NCBI GenBank assembly: GCA_000004985.1
Contig: GG738851.1
DNA: 64,000 bases
DNA from: Naegleria gruberi
Taxonomy: Eukaryota
Reading direction: 5' to 3' (one strand)
Shown: piece after piece, positions 39,778 through 50,997 of the stretch
Layout of the letters: each line of letters opens with the position of its first letter
Position numbering within the stretch: position 1 is the first letter of the stretch
Made by a program: the position numbers and the translations under genes
The notes under the pieces: model-generated
What the model saw: only the letters and a program-made list of their open reading frames with translations
Told to the model about the DNA's origin: nothing
Database searches by the model: none

Positions 39778-41547
39778 ATGAACAGCTCCTCCATTATTAC
39801 ATCCTTTGATAATTTATTTCCTCTCGATCAGAGAGCGGAAGTCAAGCAAAAATTGGCTTACGGAACAGCCGGATTTAGAATGAAGGCAGATTCTATTCTT
39901 GATAGAGTTGTTTTCACTGTCGGATTGTTGGCTTGTTTGAGAGCATTGGATAAGAAGGAATCTGTTGGTGTGATGATTACTGCTAGTCACAATGGAGCAC
40001 AAGATAATGGTGTAAAATTGGTAGATCCTACAGGTGAAATGTTAGAATCTACTTGGGAAGAAAAAGCTGTTCGTTTGGCTAATTGTATTCATGACGCCAA
40101 GTTGATGAGCGAAAAATTTGATGAATTGGTTTCGGAATTGAAATTGGATTTAACTAAACCAATCGGAAAGACTTTGTGCATTTCTGTTGCAAAGGATACT
40201 AGAACTAGTAGTGATAGATTGGTTTCAAGCTTGAAAACAGCTGTTTCTCTCTTTGAAAATTTAGGAATTGTTCACGTGGATTATGGACTCATGATTACTC
40301 CACAACTTCACTATATGGTCATGTTGACTAATCATCATGAGGAAACTAAATCATTCCTTGTCAATACTCAATTCTCATCACCACAAGAAAGACAACAAGT
40401 AGTTCAAGAAACTCTTGTTAAGAATGAAAGTATTTATTATCAAGATATTTCCAATGCTTTCAATTTATTATACAGAGGAGGTGAAAAGGAAATTACTATG
40501 GATTGTGCATTTGGAGTTGGAGGAAAGAAAATCAAACAATTACAATCAAGTTTAAAGGATGTTAAATTTACTCTTGTCAATGATTATGAAACTGTAGGAG
40601 TTGAGGAATCACAAAAATATCTTAATCATGATTGTGGTGCTGAACATGTTCAAAAGCAAAAGGCTGTTCCAATCAATTGTGAAAATTTCAAGAGTGTTGC
40701 CAGTATTGATGGAGATGGTGACAGACTTGTTTATTTCTTTAGAGATGAACAAAATGAATTGGTCTTGTTGGATGGTGATAAGATTGCCACTCTCTTGGTT
40801 AAATTTATTGGTGAATTGTTGACCAAGACTGGACTTTTGGATCAATTAATTGTTGGTGTTGTTCAAACAGCATATGCTAATGGTTCAAGCACAACCTATT
40901 TGAAGCAAATTCTTGGAGAACAACGTATTTTCTGTGTTCCAACTGGTGTCAAATACCTCCATCATAAGGCTAAAGAACTCGATGTTGGTATTTATTTTGA
41001 AGCTAATGGACATGGTACTGTTATTTTCTCAGAAAAGGCCAATAAGGCAATTAATGAAATGTACAATAGAAGCACCACACAAGGAGGTGAAAGTAGTGAA
41101 TTTGTTCAAGCCATCTCTGACTTGTTTGCCCTCACCAAGTTGATTAATCCAACAGTTGGTGATGCTTTCAGTGATTTACTCGTTGTTGAAGTTGTTTTGG
41201 GTTATTACGGCTGGAGTTATGTAGATTGGGATAAGAATCTCTATACTGATGTTCCAAGTGTTCAAGACAAGTTAAAGGTCAAGGACAGAACTATTATTAA
41301 GGTTTCAGCAGACGAAACTCAAGTTGTTTCTCCAGAAGGTATTCAAAACAAGATCAATGAATGTGTTTTAAAGGTCAATAAGGGTCGTGCTTTTATTCGT
41401 CCAAGTGGTACTGAGGACGTTGTGAGAGTTTATGCTGAAGCAGAAACCAAGGAAGAAGCCAAAGAATTGGCAATTGACGTATTACACATAATCTACAATG
41501 ATTTGAATGGAACAGAACAACCACCAGCCAAATCATCAAAACTCTAA
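39778..41547 (+). CDS. PGM3/AGM1-like: Phosphoacetylglucosamine mutase (AGM1/PGM3, alpha-D-phosphohexomutase family)
   Basis: 589-aa single exon. N-terminal YGTAGFRMKA. Active-site Ser loop GVMITASHNGAQDNGVKLVDPTGEML. Metal-binding DGDGDR. Sugar-binding GVVQTAYANG ... EANGHGT. Confidence 0.85.
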   Translation: MNSSSIITSFDNLFPLDQRAEVKQKLAYGTAGFRMKADSILDRVVFTVGLLACLRALDKKESVGVMITASHNGAQDNGVKLVDPTGEMLESTWEEKAVRLANCIHDAKLMSEKFDELVSELKLDLTKPIGKTLCISVAKDTRTSSDRLVSSLKTAVSLFENLGIVHVDYGLMITPQLHYMVMLTNHHEETKSFLVNTQFSSPQERQQVVQETLVKNESIYYQDISNAFNLLYRGGEKEITMDCAFGVGGKKIKQLQSSLKDVKFTLVNDYETVGVEESQKYLNHDCGAEHVQKQKAVPINCENFKSVASIDGDGDRLVYFFRDEQNELVLLDGDKIATLLVKFIGELLTKTGLLDQLIVGVVQTAYANGSSTTYLKQILGEQRIFCVPTGVKYLHHKAKELDVGIYFEANGHGTVIFSEKANKAINEMYNRSTTQGGESSEFVQAISDLFALTKLINPTVGDAFSDLLVVEVVLGYYGWSYVDWDKNLYTDVPSVQDKLKVKDRTIIKVSADETQVVSPEGIQNKINECVLKVNKGRAFIRPSGTEDVVRVYAEAETKEEAKELAIDVLHIIYNDLNGTEQPPAKSSKL

Positions 41548-41555
41548 ATAATATA

Positions 41556-42338
41556 CTAATTTTCTTCGCTTACTTCGTCCTTCCAAAAATTCTTGTAATT
41601 CTCAGGAATATCAGTAATTTGCAGTAACAAATTTGGGTGATGAGCAAAAACTTCCTTTATCACCTTTACTTTTCCATTTAAAGTCCAATAAGAGAAGGCA
41701 TAAAAGAGTTTTGGATACTTTTCGAAAAAGTTTCTATAGGTTATTCTTACTTGCTCCGTATGATTATTCTTCTTTTGTGTAAGAAATTTGTGATTAATTT
41801 GAATATGTTTCTTATTTTCAGATAATTCGTCTAAATTTTCCAATTCCTCTAGTGTGGGAAGTTCCGATTTGGCCACTTCCTCCATTTTGGCTTTCCACTC
41901 ATTAAATAATTCAAGATTTTTGATTGGTGGAGGTTCTTTCTTTTTCTTTGCAGGCTTTTCAAAATCTGTTGATGATGATTCAGAGTTGATTTTCCTCTTT
42001 GACTTGTCCGATGATCGTGTTACAGCTTTTGAATTGCTTGACTCATTCTCGATCAAAAGTTCAAGTTTTTCAACAAGTTGTTTCGCAGATTCAGCAGAAA
42101 TAGTTTTAAATATTAATTCATAAACCTTTTCAGGCTCTATATTACATTTCAATGCCAAATTCAAGCCTTTTGCATTGTAATCGGGTGAAGGCTTTCCATT
42201 CGGTTGTGCATTCTCATTCGAATTACTACTCGATTCACGACCTGAACCAACACTACTACTTGCACCACTATTATTGGGAGTAAATAAATCCACTGCTGAT
42301 GAAGATGAACCCGATGCAATTGGCAAAAAGAAATCCAT
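41556..42338 (-). CDS. Hypothetical protein (Ser-rich N-terminus, Lys/Glu-rich middle)
   Basis: 260-aa ORF with ATG start. No recognised domain. Confidence 0.4.
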   Translation of the reverse strand: MDFFLPIASGSSSSAVDLFTPNNSGASSSVGSGRESSSNSNENAQPNGKPSPDYNAKGLNLALKCNIEPEKVYELIFKTISAESAKQLVEKLELLIENESSNSKAVTRSSDKSKRKINSESSSTDFEKPAKKKKEPPPIKNLELFNEWKAKMEEVAKSELPTLEELENLDELSENKKHIQINHKFLTQKKNNHTEQVRITYRNFFEKYPKLFYAFSYWTLNGKVKVIKEVFAHHPNLLLQITDIPENYKNFWKDEVSEEN

Positions 42339-42568
42339 CTCGTGTATTTTTTTTTTGAGTTTTCTTTTTTTTTTTCTGTTTGTTTTTCGGTGTTGTTATT
42401 ATTTTGTGATTGGTTAGGACTTGATTTTACAATATTAGGCTTGTTAAAAATTAAGTGAGTGGTTCAAGCAGGTTTGGAATCTGGATTTTGTTGAAATACG
42501 AATGCTATGAGGTTGTATAAAAGAAATGATTATTTATCTGTCAGTAATCATTTCGACATTTTTTCAAT

Positions 42569-42644
42569 ATTGGTTGGAGATGAGTTAAACATCTCTATTA
42601 CAATCACAGCAATGCATAATAAAAACAACTCATCTCCAACCAAT
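42569..42644. repeat. Perfect 18-bp inverted repeat (stem-loop) in a divergent intergenic region
   Basis: ATTGGTTGGAGATGAGTT at 42569..42586 is the exact reverse complement of AACTCATCTCCAACCAAT at 42627..42644. The loop is 40 nt. The track ORF 42507..42800 covering it is almost certainly non-coding. Confidence 0.6.
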
Positions 42645-42993
42645 CATTGTTCTTCACACATACAAACACAAGAGTTTCACCAAATTCAAAAAAGCTCTTA
42701 TTTGGTCAACTCGCATTCACTGTTTCCAAATAAAAAACAATCATTACTAGTAAATTCTACGAAAATTATGCATGATCAACTCAAAACTTGTAAAAACTAA
42801 TCCATTTTCAGATGAATCTTCGTTCCCACGCGCATATTCTTCCATCTTTAGGAAAATTATCGCCTCCCAAAAAAACACTTCAATTGGCTTACAATACAAC
42901 ATTGGACTAATACTTTACAATAACAGCATCCAAATAACCCAAATAAATCAGCGATAGAGTAACACATCTAGCCTTCAATAACACACAAAAAAA

Positions 42994-44438
42994 ATGATCA
43001 ACAGACAATCACTCCAAACAATCAGCAGAAATTTATCAACCCTCCACAAGGCAACCAAGAATGTTGCTTCAGCTTCCTCCGTTGTATTTGTAAATAAGAG
43101 GCAACAAGTAGCCTTACCACTCAATAGCAATCATAAATTCTTCTCCACCTCCTTGAAGAGTATGGATCAAGGACATTATTCAATTCCTGATGGAAATTCA
43201 ATCTTCTTTGCACCTTCACAGAATGCAATTGGTGTGAATAGTGTTGAACAATTGGGTGGATTTGTTAATAATTTGGGATGTAAGAAGATTTTGGTTGTTA
43301 CTGATAAGCCATTGGTTCAAATTGGAATTGTTGCTCAAGTAAGTATTTTGTCAATTAGATCATCGATTGAGTAATTTATTTACAATCAAATTGTAATGTA
43401 TTTAATGCAATATTTGAATAGGTGACTAAAGTTTTGGAAAAGGCAGGCATTTCATTCGTCATCTTTGATAATGTCCAACCAAATCCAACTGTTTCAAATG
43501 TCAATGAAGGTTTGAAAATTATGCAAAAGGAATCATGTGATGGAATTGTCAGTATTGGTGGTGGAAGTGTTCACGATTGTGCTAAAGGTATTGGTCTTGT
43601 TAAGGGAAATGGTGGAAAGATTGAAGACTATGAAGGATTAGATAAGAGTAAGAAGCCAATTTGTCCATATGTTGCAGTTAACACAACTGCTGGAACTGCT
43701 GCTGAGCTTACTAGATTCTCAATTATTACAAATGAAGTGACACGTGTCAAGATGGCCATTGTTGATAAGAATATTACTCCAACATTGAGTTTGAACGATC
43801 CAGTCTTGATGATGAAACAACCACCATTCTTGACAGCTTGTACTGGTCTCGATGCATTAACACATGCCATTGAAGCTTATGTTTCAACAGCTGCTAATCC
43901 AATCACTGATGCTTGTGCATTGATGGCTATTGAACTCATTGGTGAACACTTGTCAAAAGCAGTTGCCAATGGAAGTGATATTTATGCTCGTGAAAAGATG
44001 TGTTATGCTCAATTCCTTGCTGGTCTCGCTTTCAACAATGCCAGTTTAGGTTATGTCCATGCTATTGCCCATCAATTGGGTGGTTACTATAATTTACCTC
44101 ATGGTTTCTGTAATGCAATCCTCCTCCCAAGTGTCATGAAATTTAACATTCCAGCCCATGCTAAGAAACTTGCTCGTGTTGCCAAGACTTTGGGTGTCAA
44201 GAATGTTGATAATATGAGTGATTATGATGCTGCCTATGAAGCTGTTAAGGCAGTTTGTAAATTGAGAGAATTAGTTGGAATTCCAAGTGGATTGAATGGT
44301 GAAAAGATTGTCAAGAGAGAAGATTTTGATGTCTTGGCTGATCATGCATTGAAGGATGTCTGCGGATTTACCAATCCTCGAGTAGCCACCAAGAAGGACA
44401 TTATTGCCATCTTGGAAGAAAGTTACAAGGGATTGTAA
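42994..44438 (+). CDS. ADHFE1-like: Iron-containing alcohol dehydrogenase / hydroxyacid-oxoacid transhydrogenase (ADHFE1-like) with a mitochondrial presequence, two exons
   Basis: Exon 1 is 42994..43338 ([23 protein letters not shown] presequence). Intron 43339..43421 (GTAAGT..AATAG, 83 nt, phase 0). Exon 2 is 43422..44438. Fe-ADH motifs [22 protein letters not shown] and [16 protein letters not shown]. The join reads ...IVAQ|VTKVLEK. Confidence 0.8.
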
Positions 44439-44702
44439 CTTGTGTAAATTATTGTAATTATAAATTCTAATAAATTCGCTTTAAATTATTAAAATTTCAC
44501 CTCATTCTCACTCTCAAGTTCAATAACACTTTGCCTTCATTCATGTTGTAGAAAATAATTCCAAGATGAGAGCTATCAATAAGAATAAAGGAAATAGGAA
44601 AGGGCTTTTATCTTGAATCAAAACATTGAATAAACAACAAATATCGACCTAAATGATTCATTGGAGAAACTACATGTAATAAATGGATTGATTCAAACCA
44701 CT

Positions 44703-45152
44703 TTAAGGTTTATTCAAAACTTGGAAATCCATAACAATGAGACCAGTTTCAATTGGTTTTCTCAAGAATGGTCCAACAAAGTTTTTGAAAGCATCATGGA
44801 GTGGATCATATGGGAAATGGAATGGTCTGCCAACGAAATAATCACGATCTTGAACATTCTTGAATGTGACAATATAGATTTGTTCCATCTTTTGATCAAA
44901 ACCCTCCGGACTATTCGGATAACCACCATCAAATGACAAAATATAAGGTTGATGAGTTTCTGGATTGACACATCTTTCCTTGAGTGAGAAGTAGGTTTTC
45001 ATGATTTGATCCTTATCAGATTGGGTCACATTAGCTTCATATCTGAATGCAACAATGTGTTGGACTTGTCCTGCATGTGGATTCTCGGCATGAATCACCA
45101 TTGACATAATGCAAACAAGGAGAGTACCAACCACGAATAGAATGTATTTCAT
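44703..45152 (-). CDS. Secreted stress-responsive A/B-barrel (Dabb) domain protein
   Basis: Start taken at MKYILFVVGTLLVCIMSMVIHA (signal peptide). Dabb-like HIVAFRYEANVT ... IYIVTFKNVQDRDYFVG ... DPLHDAFKNFVGP. The antisense track ORF 44661..44936 is spurious. Confidence 0.55.
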   Translation of the reverse strand: MKYILFVVGTLLVCIMSMVIHAENPHAGQVQHIVAFRYEANVTQSDKDQIMKTYFSLKERCVNPETHQPYILSFDGGYPNSPEGFDQKMEQIYIVTFKNVQDRDYFVGRPFHFPYDPLHDAFKNFVGPFLRKPIETGLIVMDFQVLNKP

Positions 45153-45544
45153 TTTTGTTTTGTGAAATATTTTAAAAAACAAAGTTCGTTTGGGATCATT
45201 TAATAACAATCTGCTCCGGAGACAATTTGTGTGGGGTTATGTTCTCGGAGTTACTTCAGCTTAACACTGTAGAATTGGTCAATACTTGAGTATATTCTAA
45301 AGTAACTCCTAGTATTTCTTAAAAGGAAGAATGAATAATTAGGAAACATAACTATTCTTTTCAAAGTGAACATGTATTGATAAAACACCTTATAATTTTA
45401 CAATCATTTTACAATCCAAAGTTAAAACAAGCAAAATATAATGTATTTATATTGAAAATTTTAGCATTGGTAGGTGCTCACTTTGGTACAGTCCTTAATT
45501 CTGTATAATTTAGGCAACCATGTAAAAAATCTTGTTTGAGCGTA

Positions 45545-45617
45545 GCCCGTCTAGCTCAGTCGGTAGAGCGCAAGGCTCTTAACCTTGTGGTCGTGGGTTC
45601 GACCCCCACGGTGGGCG
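45545..45617 (+). tRNA. tRNA-Lys(CTT): tRNA-Lys (anticodon CTT)
   Basis: GCCCGTC TA GCTC AGTCGGTA GAGC G CAAGG CTCTTAA CCTTG TGGTC GTGGG TTCGACC CCCAC GGTGGGC G. A T-rich tract TTTCCTTTTG follows. Confidence 0.9.
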
Positions 45618-45783
45618 TTTCCTTTTGCATCATTAAGCTACAAGGTCTGTTTTATTTGGTATTGTTGTCCAGTATTTGTTCTCAGATTCTCTTTTAATTA
45701 ACAATTAATTAACAATTATGCAAATAAATTTAATTTATTGAACTTTCACTCAATTTTGAAATTGCAATATTTACAAAAAAAAA

Positions 45784-47238
45784 ATGCTTTCACAAGTTCA
45801 CGATAATGCAGCAACCACTCAATCCCATCAACAAGCCATCATTATTGATGGAGGGTATGTACTTATTCCTATCATTAGAAATTAAATCAACAAACAATAT
45901 ATAAATACTTGCAATTATTATCATCATCATTTTAAAATTGATAAATATTAGAATTATGGAAGGCGGAGGACAAATTATTAGATATTCAACTGCTCGTACG
46001 TAAATATTTCATTAAATTGAACTGAAATGATGATGACGATGATTTAAATTATAAAATTAGTTTCTCACATTTTGAATAAATCAATCAAGGTGCAGAATAT
46101 TCGTGCAGGAAGAGAAAATCCTGGATTGAGAGCTCAACATTTGACTGGAGTTGTTTTGGTGTCCATGTTGCCGAAAAGTAGAGAATTTTCATCAACTTTG
46201 ACTGATTGCAGAGTTGGATCAACAAGTTTTACATTCATTCCAAAGGATTTGGAGAAGAAACGATTAGTTTTGAATTGTAAAAGTGATTCGAAAGAAGTTC
46301 ATATTGATTATGACGAAGATGAGGAAATTAAGGTATCTGCTGATTGTTTTACTGCTGGAGCAACTACTTTAATGTTGCAATCTTCATTGTGTCCACTGTT
46401 ATTTATGGACACAAATGGAAAGGATATTAGAATGAGTTATAGAGGAGGAACAAATGTGGATTTTTCACCACCAATTGATGAAATTTCCACTTTACTATTC
46501 CCACTTTTGAGAAGACACTTTTTAAAAATTGATAATTCCAAATCATTTGATTTACAATGTAAATATCGAGGATTCTATCCGAGAGGAAATGGTCAAGCTG
46601 AGCTCTTTATTGAAAAGAGTAAATATTTCAAGAAGGGTGAATTTCTGCATGCTGTGGAATTGGTGGAGAGAGGAGATTCGATTGTGAAACTATTATTGGA
46701 GATGAGTTATACTGATAATGATGGTTTGGATTTTTTGGAAAAGGTTGAACAAGCTCTCAAAGTGGAAATTAACAAGAATTCAAGTTTCTTACAGCCATTC
46801 TCAAAGAAATTGGAAATCCAAGTGGAAAAGAAAAAGTGTAACAACAATCCATCCAAGGCAAGAGCTGTCTTTGGTACCTGTATCATGTATGACTCGAAGG
46901 AGAATGCATTTGGTGCCTCCTTCCATACCAAAGATATGAAAAAAAGCCAGAAATTCAAAGTGGATGAACACATTACCCATACCAAGTCCATTCTCAAACA
47001 TTTGGCCAAACAGTGGAATGAAGGAGGATGTGTCGATGAATATGTACAAGATCAGCTCATTATTTTCATGACATTGGCCAAAGGAAAGAGTAAGATTCGT
47101 ACAGGACCACTTACACTTCACACTCAAACTGCCATTCACTTTTGTCAAACCATTGCTGGAGTGCAATTTACCGTAACACCACAAGAAGGTAATTCCTTTA
47201 TTATTGAATGTGAAGGACTTGGACAGAGTTTCGAATAA
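45784..47238 (+). CDS. RTCA-like: RNA 3'-terminal phosphate cyclase (RtcA/RTCA family), three exons
   Basis: Exon 1 is 45784..45854 (MLSQVHDNAATTQSHQQAIIIDGG). Intron 45855..45951 (GTATGT..TTAG). Exon 2 is 45952..45995 (IMEGGGQIIRYSTA). Intron 45996..46060 (GTACGT..TTAG). Exon 3 is 46061..47238. The join reconstitutes the RtcA N-terminal signature IDGG..EGGGQIIR..ALS..L...IKVQNIRAGRENPGLRAQHL. Only exon 3 is in the ORF track, starting at an internal TTG. Confidence 0.75.
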
Positions 47239-47449
47239 ATTCTGATCTAATTTCATTCAAAAAATTATCAAACTGCTACTGAAACAATTCTCAAGTGTAT
47301 TATCAATATGTTTCGAACCTACGGATCTCTTTATTTTGAGCAACAGCTTAATGATGTTGAACAAGCTCACAAAATAATGCTCTACATGTTTTTGATGGTC
47401 GAGGTAGTGATTCCTCATCTCAAAATTTGAGAGAACTTTAGAATGCTTA

Positions 47450-47857
47450 CTATTTTGATAATATAGTGATGTGTGGAAATTTGAGTTGGAAATATTCTAA
47501 TACTTTCCTTTTTGTTTCCTTGTTTGATTCCTCTCTGACTGCAATCTTCTCCCAATCGTTATATATTCTTGACAAGTATCTTCCAATTTCATCACCTTCC
47601 ATTTTAATATTAAACAATTCAATTAATTCATCCAAAGTATTTACCAGAATCGAATATTTTGCACTCGAAGAAATTGCACTAAAGTACATTAGAAATCGCT
47701 CCAAACTAGTCAATCTCAAATTCAGTTTCGATGAAATATATTGAATACCACTTAAATAGTCCGAGTTGGGCATTTCCAAATGATCAAACAGTAATTCAGT
47801 GTTTCCTTCTGGAATCTTGAACTCTAATTGACAATCATCAATCAGATATTTCAGCAT
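47450..47857 (-). CDS. Hypothetical protein, possibly 5'-truncated by the adjacent assembly gap
   Basis: 135-aa ORF. The reading frame stays open upstream of the called Met all the way to the N-run at 47925. Confidence 0.3.
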   Translation of the reverse strand: MLKYLIDDCQLEFKIPEGNTELLFDHLEMPNSDYLSGIQYISSKLNLRLTSLERFLMYFSAISSSAKYSILVNTLDELIELFNIKMEGDEIGRYLSRIYNDWEKIAVREESNKETKRKVLEYFQLKFPHITILSK

Positions 47858-47924
47858 TTCTATTTTATAACATTCATGTCCAGTTTCTACTGTACGATAG
47901 ATTAGGTAGGGATANNNNNNNNNN

Positions 47925-48068
47925 NNNNNNNNNNNNNNNNNNNNNNNNNNNNNNNNNNNNNNNNNNNNNNNNNNNNNNNNNNNNNNNNNNNNNNNNNNNN
48001 NNNNNNNNNNNNNNNNNNNNNNNNNNNNNNNNNNNNNNNNNNNNNNNNNNNNNNNNNNNNNNNNNNNN
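47925..48068. other. Assembly gap (144 N)
   Basis: Run of n characters in the sequence. Confidence 1.
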
Positions 48069-49654
48069 AGTAGTATTGAAAGGCTTCGATATAGAAGGTA
48101 TTAGTATCAGTTAATAGTTGATCAAGAGTAGGAATGAACTCATAATATATAGAGTAATGTTTCTTCTTATTCTTCCTATTGGTATGAATGTTTTTCTATA
48201 GAAATACTATCAAAGTGAATCAGTATATTCTTCTTCTACTATTATTTTCCGATTAGATGTGTGTTGTTTTATTACCTCAAGCCAACCAATGAGAGAGTTT
48301 GAATTGTTGTCGTTGTTGAGTGAGTTTGTGTTGGACGTCCAATGTTCCTATTCTTTTCAAACTAGAAATTATTAAATTCATCAATAATTGAAGAATCACC
48401 AAGGCAATTTGGAAACATTGCGTGAAGGTGCATAGCAGATGAAAGGGGATTATAATATCGTATTCAACGACCGATTCTGTCAAAAAGGTTGATAGAAATT
48501 TCTCCATAAAACACATCAATAAATTTCGCGTTTTGTGTGCTTGAGCATTTAGTTTTTCCTCTCGCATCAAGGAATTTTAAATGGTGAATGTTCAAATAGT
48601 GTAAAAATAACTAAGCGCAGTAGACATTAAGGGCGATACCGTGAATGGAACAATATCACATCTCTGAATACTTGACGAATGGTTGCATTGCATTTTTTAC
48701 AAAATCAAATTGTTGTTCATGTGGTATGATATCTTATCTTTTGCAATTTTATAGCAGTTTGGTGTATTTACTTTTAAGGAGATTGGAAAAAAAGCTAAAA
48801 ACAGTTCTTGTGGAAAATTATGGAGAAATAATCGAATGGCGTTTGAAAAAATTGAATATTTTTGAAAGATGGCAGATTCCGTATTGAATTTCAATACTTT
48901 CTCAAGTGTTCCCTACAGCATCTCCTGAAGGTCCATAGATATCAGCTAAAAAAATTCCTATGTGGAGGTGTCAATCTATTCTCCTATTCTTCCTCATTTA
49001 TTCCAAAGTGAGGACCACGACTAAATTGAAAAGTTGTAATTAACATGTTTAATTTTGAAGACCATTGTTTCTAGGCATAAAACACAAAAATTTTGGCGGG
49101 AAATACTACGGTATTTGAGGTGCTATTACAGAGAGCATGCGGAAGATTTGGAATCAAGGAAATGGAATGGAGGAAGATTTTGATGAACGCGACAGCATTT
49201 TGTTATTAGGAAAGAGGAAGATTTGATTTTTGGATTCTGTCCTTAATTCATTTTTCAATTCCAATGGAAATGTTACATGTATTTGTTATCCAGAGTTTTA
49301 ATGTTGTGCTATCAGGAGGACTAAGATTAGTATGAGATGGATACATAGCTTTTGTTACTGTTTATGAATGGCGATAGGTTATTAGGAAAATAGGTGAGAG
49401 ATGGTTAGTCAGCTTATTTTCCGAAAGATTGAACCTTAATGCTGTGGTGATAATAGAGATGTTGATTGGAGAATTTTCAATTCAACAGATCACAGTAAGG
49501 AGTACTGTACTTAATCAAAGGATGAAAATCTCCAATTGTTTGTAGGAATTATTTTGAATTCTTGTATTGGAATAATTCCTTTAACAAGGAATACGTATTT
49601 TAGGAGATTGTAAGGCACTGCTTGTTTCTATTAAGGATTTCTCGGTCACCGTAA

Positions 49655-49728
49655 GCCTTCCTAGCTCAGTTGGCAGTAGCGCTGTCCTAGTAAGACAGAG
49701 GTCTTGGGTTCGATTCCCAAGGGAGGCA
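49655..49728 (+). tRNA. tRNA-Thr(AGT): tRNA-Thr (anticodon AGT)
   Basis: Acceptor GCCTTCC/GGGAGGC. Anticodon stem CTGTC/GACAG with loop CTAGTAA. T-arm TTGGG TTCGATT CCCAA. Discriminator A. The D-stem is 3 bp plus one mismatch. TTTT lies downstream. Confidence 0.85.
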
Positions 49729-49746
49729 ACATTTTAGGCATTGTTA

Positions 49747-50826
49747 TTATTTTAATTCATCCCTAACAAACACCTTAATTTGATGATTTTCACAATCTGA
49801 AATAAATACAGAACCATTTCTCCTATCAGAGCAAAATCCAGTGATACAATCAAACGAGAAAGGATCATCCTTACCAAATTTTCCAAATGATTTCACCACA
49901 AGTCCACTATCAATATTTAAAACTGAAATTCTATGATTTCCTTCATCTCCAATCAATACATTTCTACTCTCCTTATCAAGTAAAAGATGAGAGTGATTAT
50001 TTACATCAGCATTCAGAGTTTTCAAGAGTGTAAAACTGTCACTTTCATCTTCCGAGACAAGTAGTAGAGATTTTTTGAAACCTATCAAGATTGTACCACG
50101 ATTCTCATCCATTGTAATTGCAAATGGTTCAAGCATTGAGTTAATTTCAATTTCTAGAGTGAGTGGATGGAAAACCTTGATGGAGGATATGGTTTTCACA
50201 AGAGTTCCATCAGAAGCTTTCATAATTACAATACGATCATTGAACCGATCGCACACGTATATAAAATTCCCTTCCTTTCCATATCGAATGGCCAATCCCT
50301 GTGGATCTTTAAACATTTTCTGTGAAAACCACAAAAGCTGAGCTAGGGGCAAATTGGAATTGACATGATTCAATTTCATTTTCATAATTGCATCCATACT
50401 CCCACTCACAAAGAGATTATCTGAATTCTCCTCTTCCTCCACCAATAAATAGAATGGATTCAAACCAGGTGTAACCAAAGCATTGATATATTCCAGTGTA
50501 TCCAAATTAAAAAACACAATTCTCCTATTCTCAGCATCGGTGACGATAATTAATTGAGTTCGATATGAAATTTTCACATCACAAGGAAAGGTGAAATTGC
50601 AATTGAGGCAAGTTTTGTATTTGATTGAATCATCAACAAGACATGGCTGAAATGTAGTGGTTTTACGTGGACACTTCAATTTTTCATGAATCATCATCAT
50701 GGCAGGATTAGAGGAAACATCTTCCGATGACTGATTAATAATAATGAAATCATGTAAAATTAATTTTACACAATTATTTGCAATTTTTCTAATTTTTGAT
50801 GGTTTTTCGTAAAGTGTTTCTTCCAT
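49747..50826 (-). CDS. NHL-repeat beta-propeller protein with an N-terminal Cys-rich (B-box-like) segment (TRIM-NHL-like)
   Basis: 359 aa. Cys cluster CPRKTTTFQPCLVDDSIKYKTCLNCNFTFPC. NHL-like blades FKDPQGLAIRYGKEGNFIYVCDRFNDRIVIM, GNHRISVLNIDSGLVV and FCSDRRNGSVFISDCENHQIKVF. Confidence 0.6.
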   Translation of the reverse strand: MEETLYEKPSKIRKIANNCVKLILHDFIIINQSSEDVSSNPAMMMIHEKLKCPRKTTTFQPCLVDDSIKYKTCLNCNFTFPCDVKISYRTQLIIVTDAENRRIVFFNLDTLEYINALVTPGLNPFYLLVEEEENSDNLFVSGSMDAIMKMKLNHVNSNLPLAQLLWFSQKMFKDPQGLAIRYGKEGNFIYVCDRFNDRIVIMKASDGTLVKTISSIKVFHPLTLEIEINSMLEPFAITMDENRGTILIGFKKSLLLVSEDESDSFTLLKTLNADVNNHSHLLLDKESRNVLIGDEGNHRISVLNIDSGLVVKSFGKFGKDDPFSFDCITGFCSDRRNGSVFISDCENHQIKVFVRDELK

Positions 50827-50997
50827 ATTCTTCTGTTGTGGATGAAAATTCCAATAATCGAGGTATTTTTTTGTACTATTTCTTTTGTAATTTATTCGTC
50901 TTGTGGTATAATTTGCAAAAACAGAAACTCTAGATTCAAAAGTTCACACAAATTATCAGAAAAATCCAATGTATCCATATCTTGTCCATATCCATCT

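Noticed and set aside
42507-42957. ORFs 42507..42800 and 42772..42957 in the divergent intergenic region.
   Set aside because: They span the 18-bp hairpin and A-rich promoter-like sequence. Composition is non-coding and both lie 5' of the ADHFE1-like start.
45247-45309. 10-bp inverted repeat GGAGTTACTT / AAGTAACTCC upstream of tRNA-Lys.
   Set aside because: Short, imperfect on extension, and expected by chance at about this frequency in AT-rich DNA.
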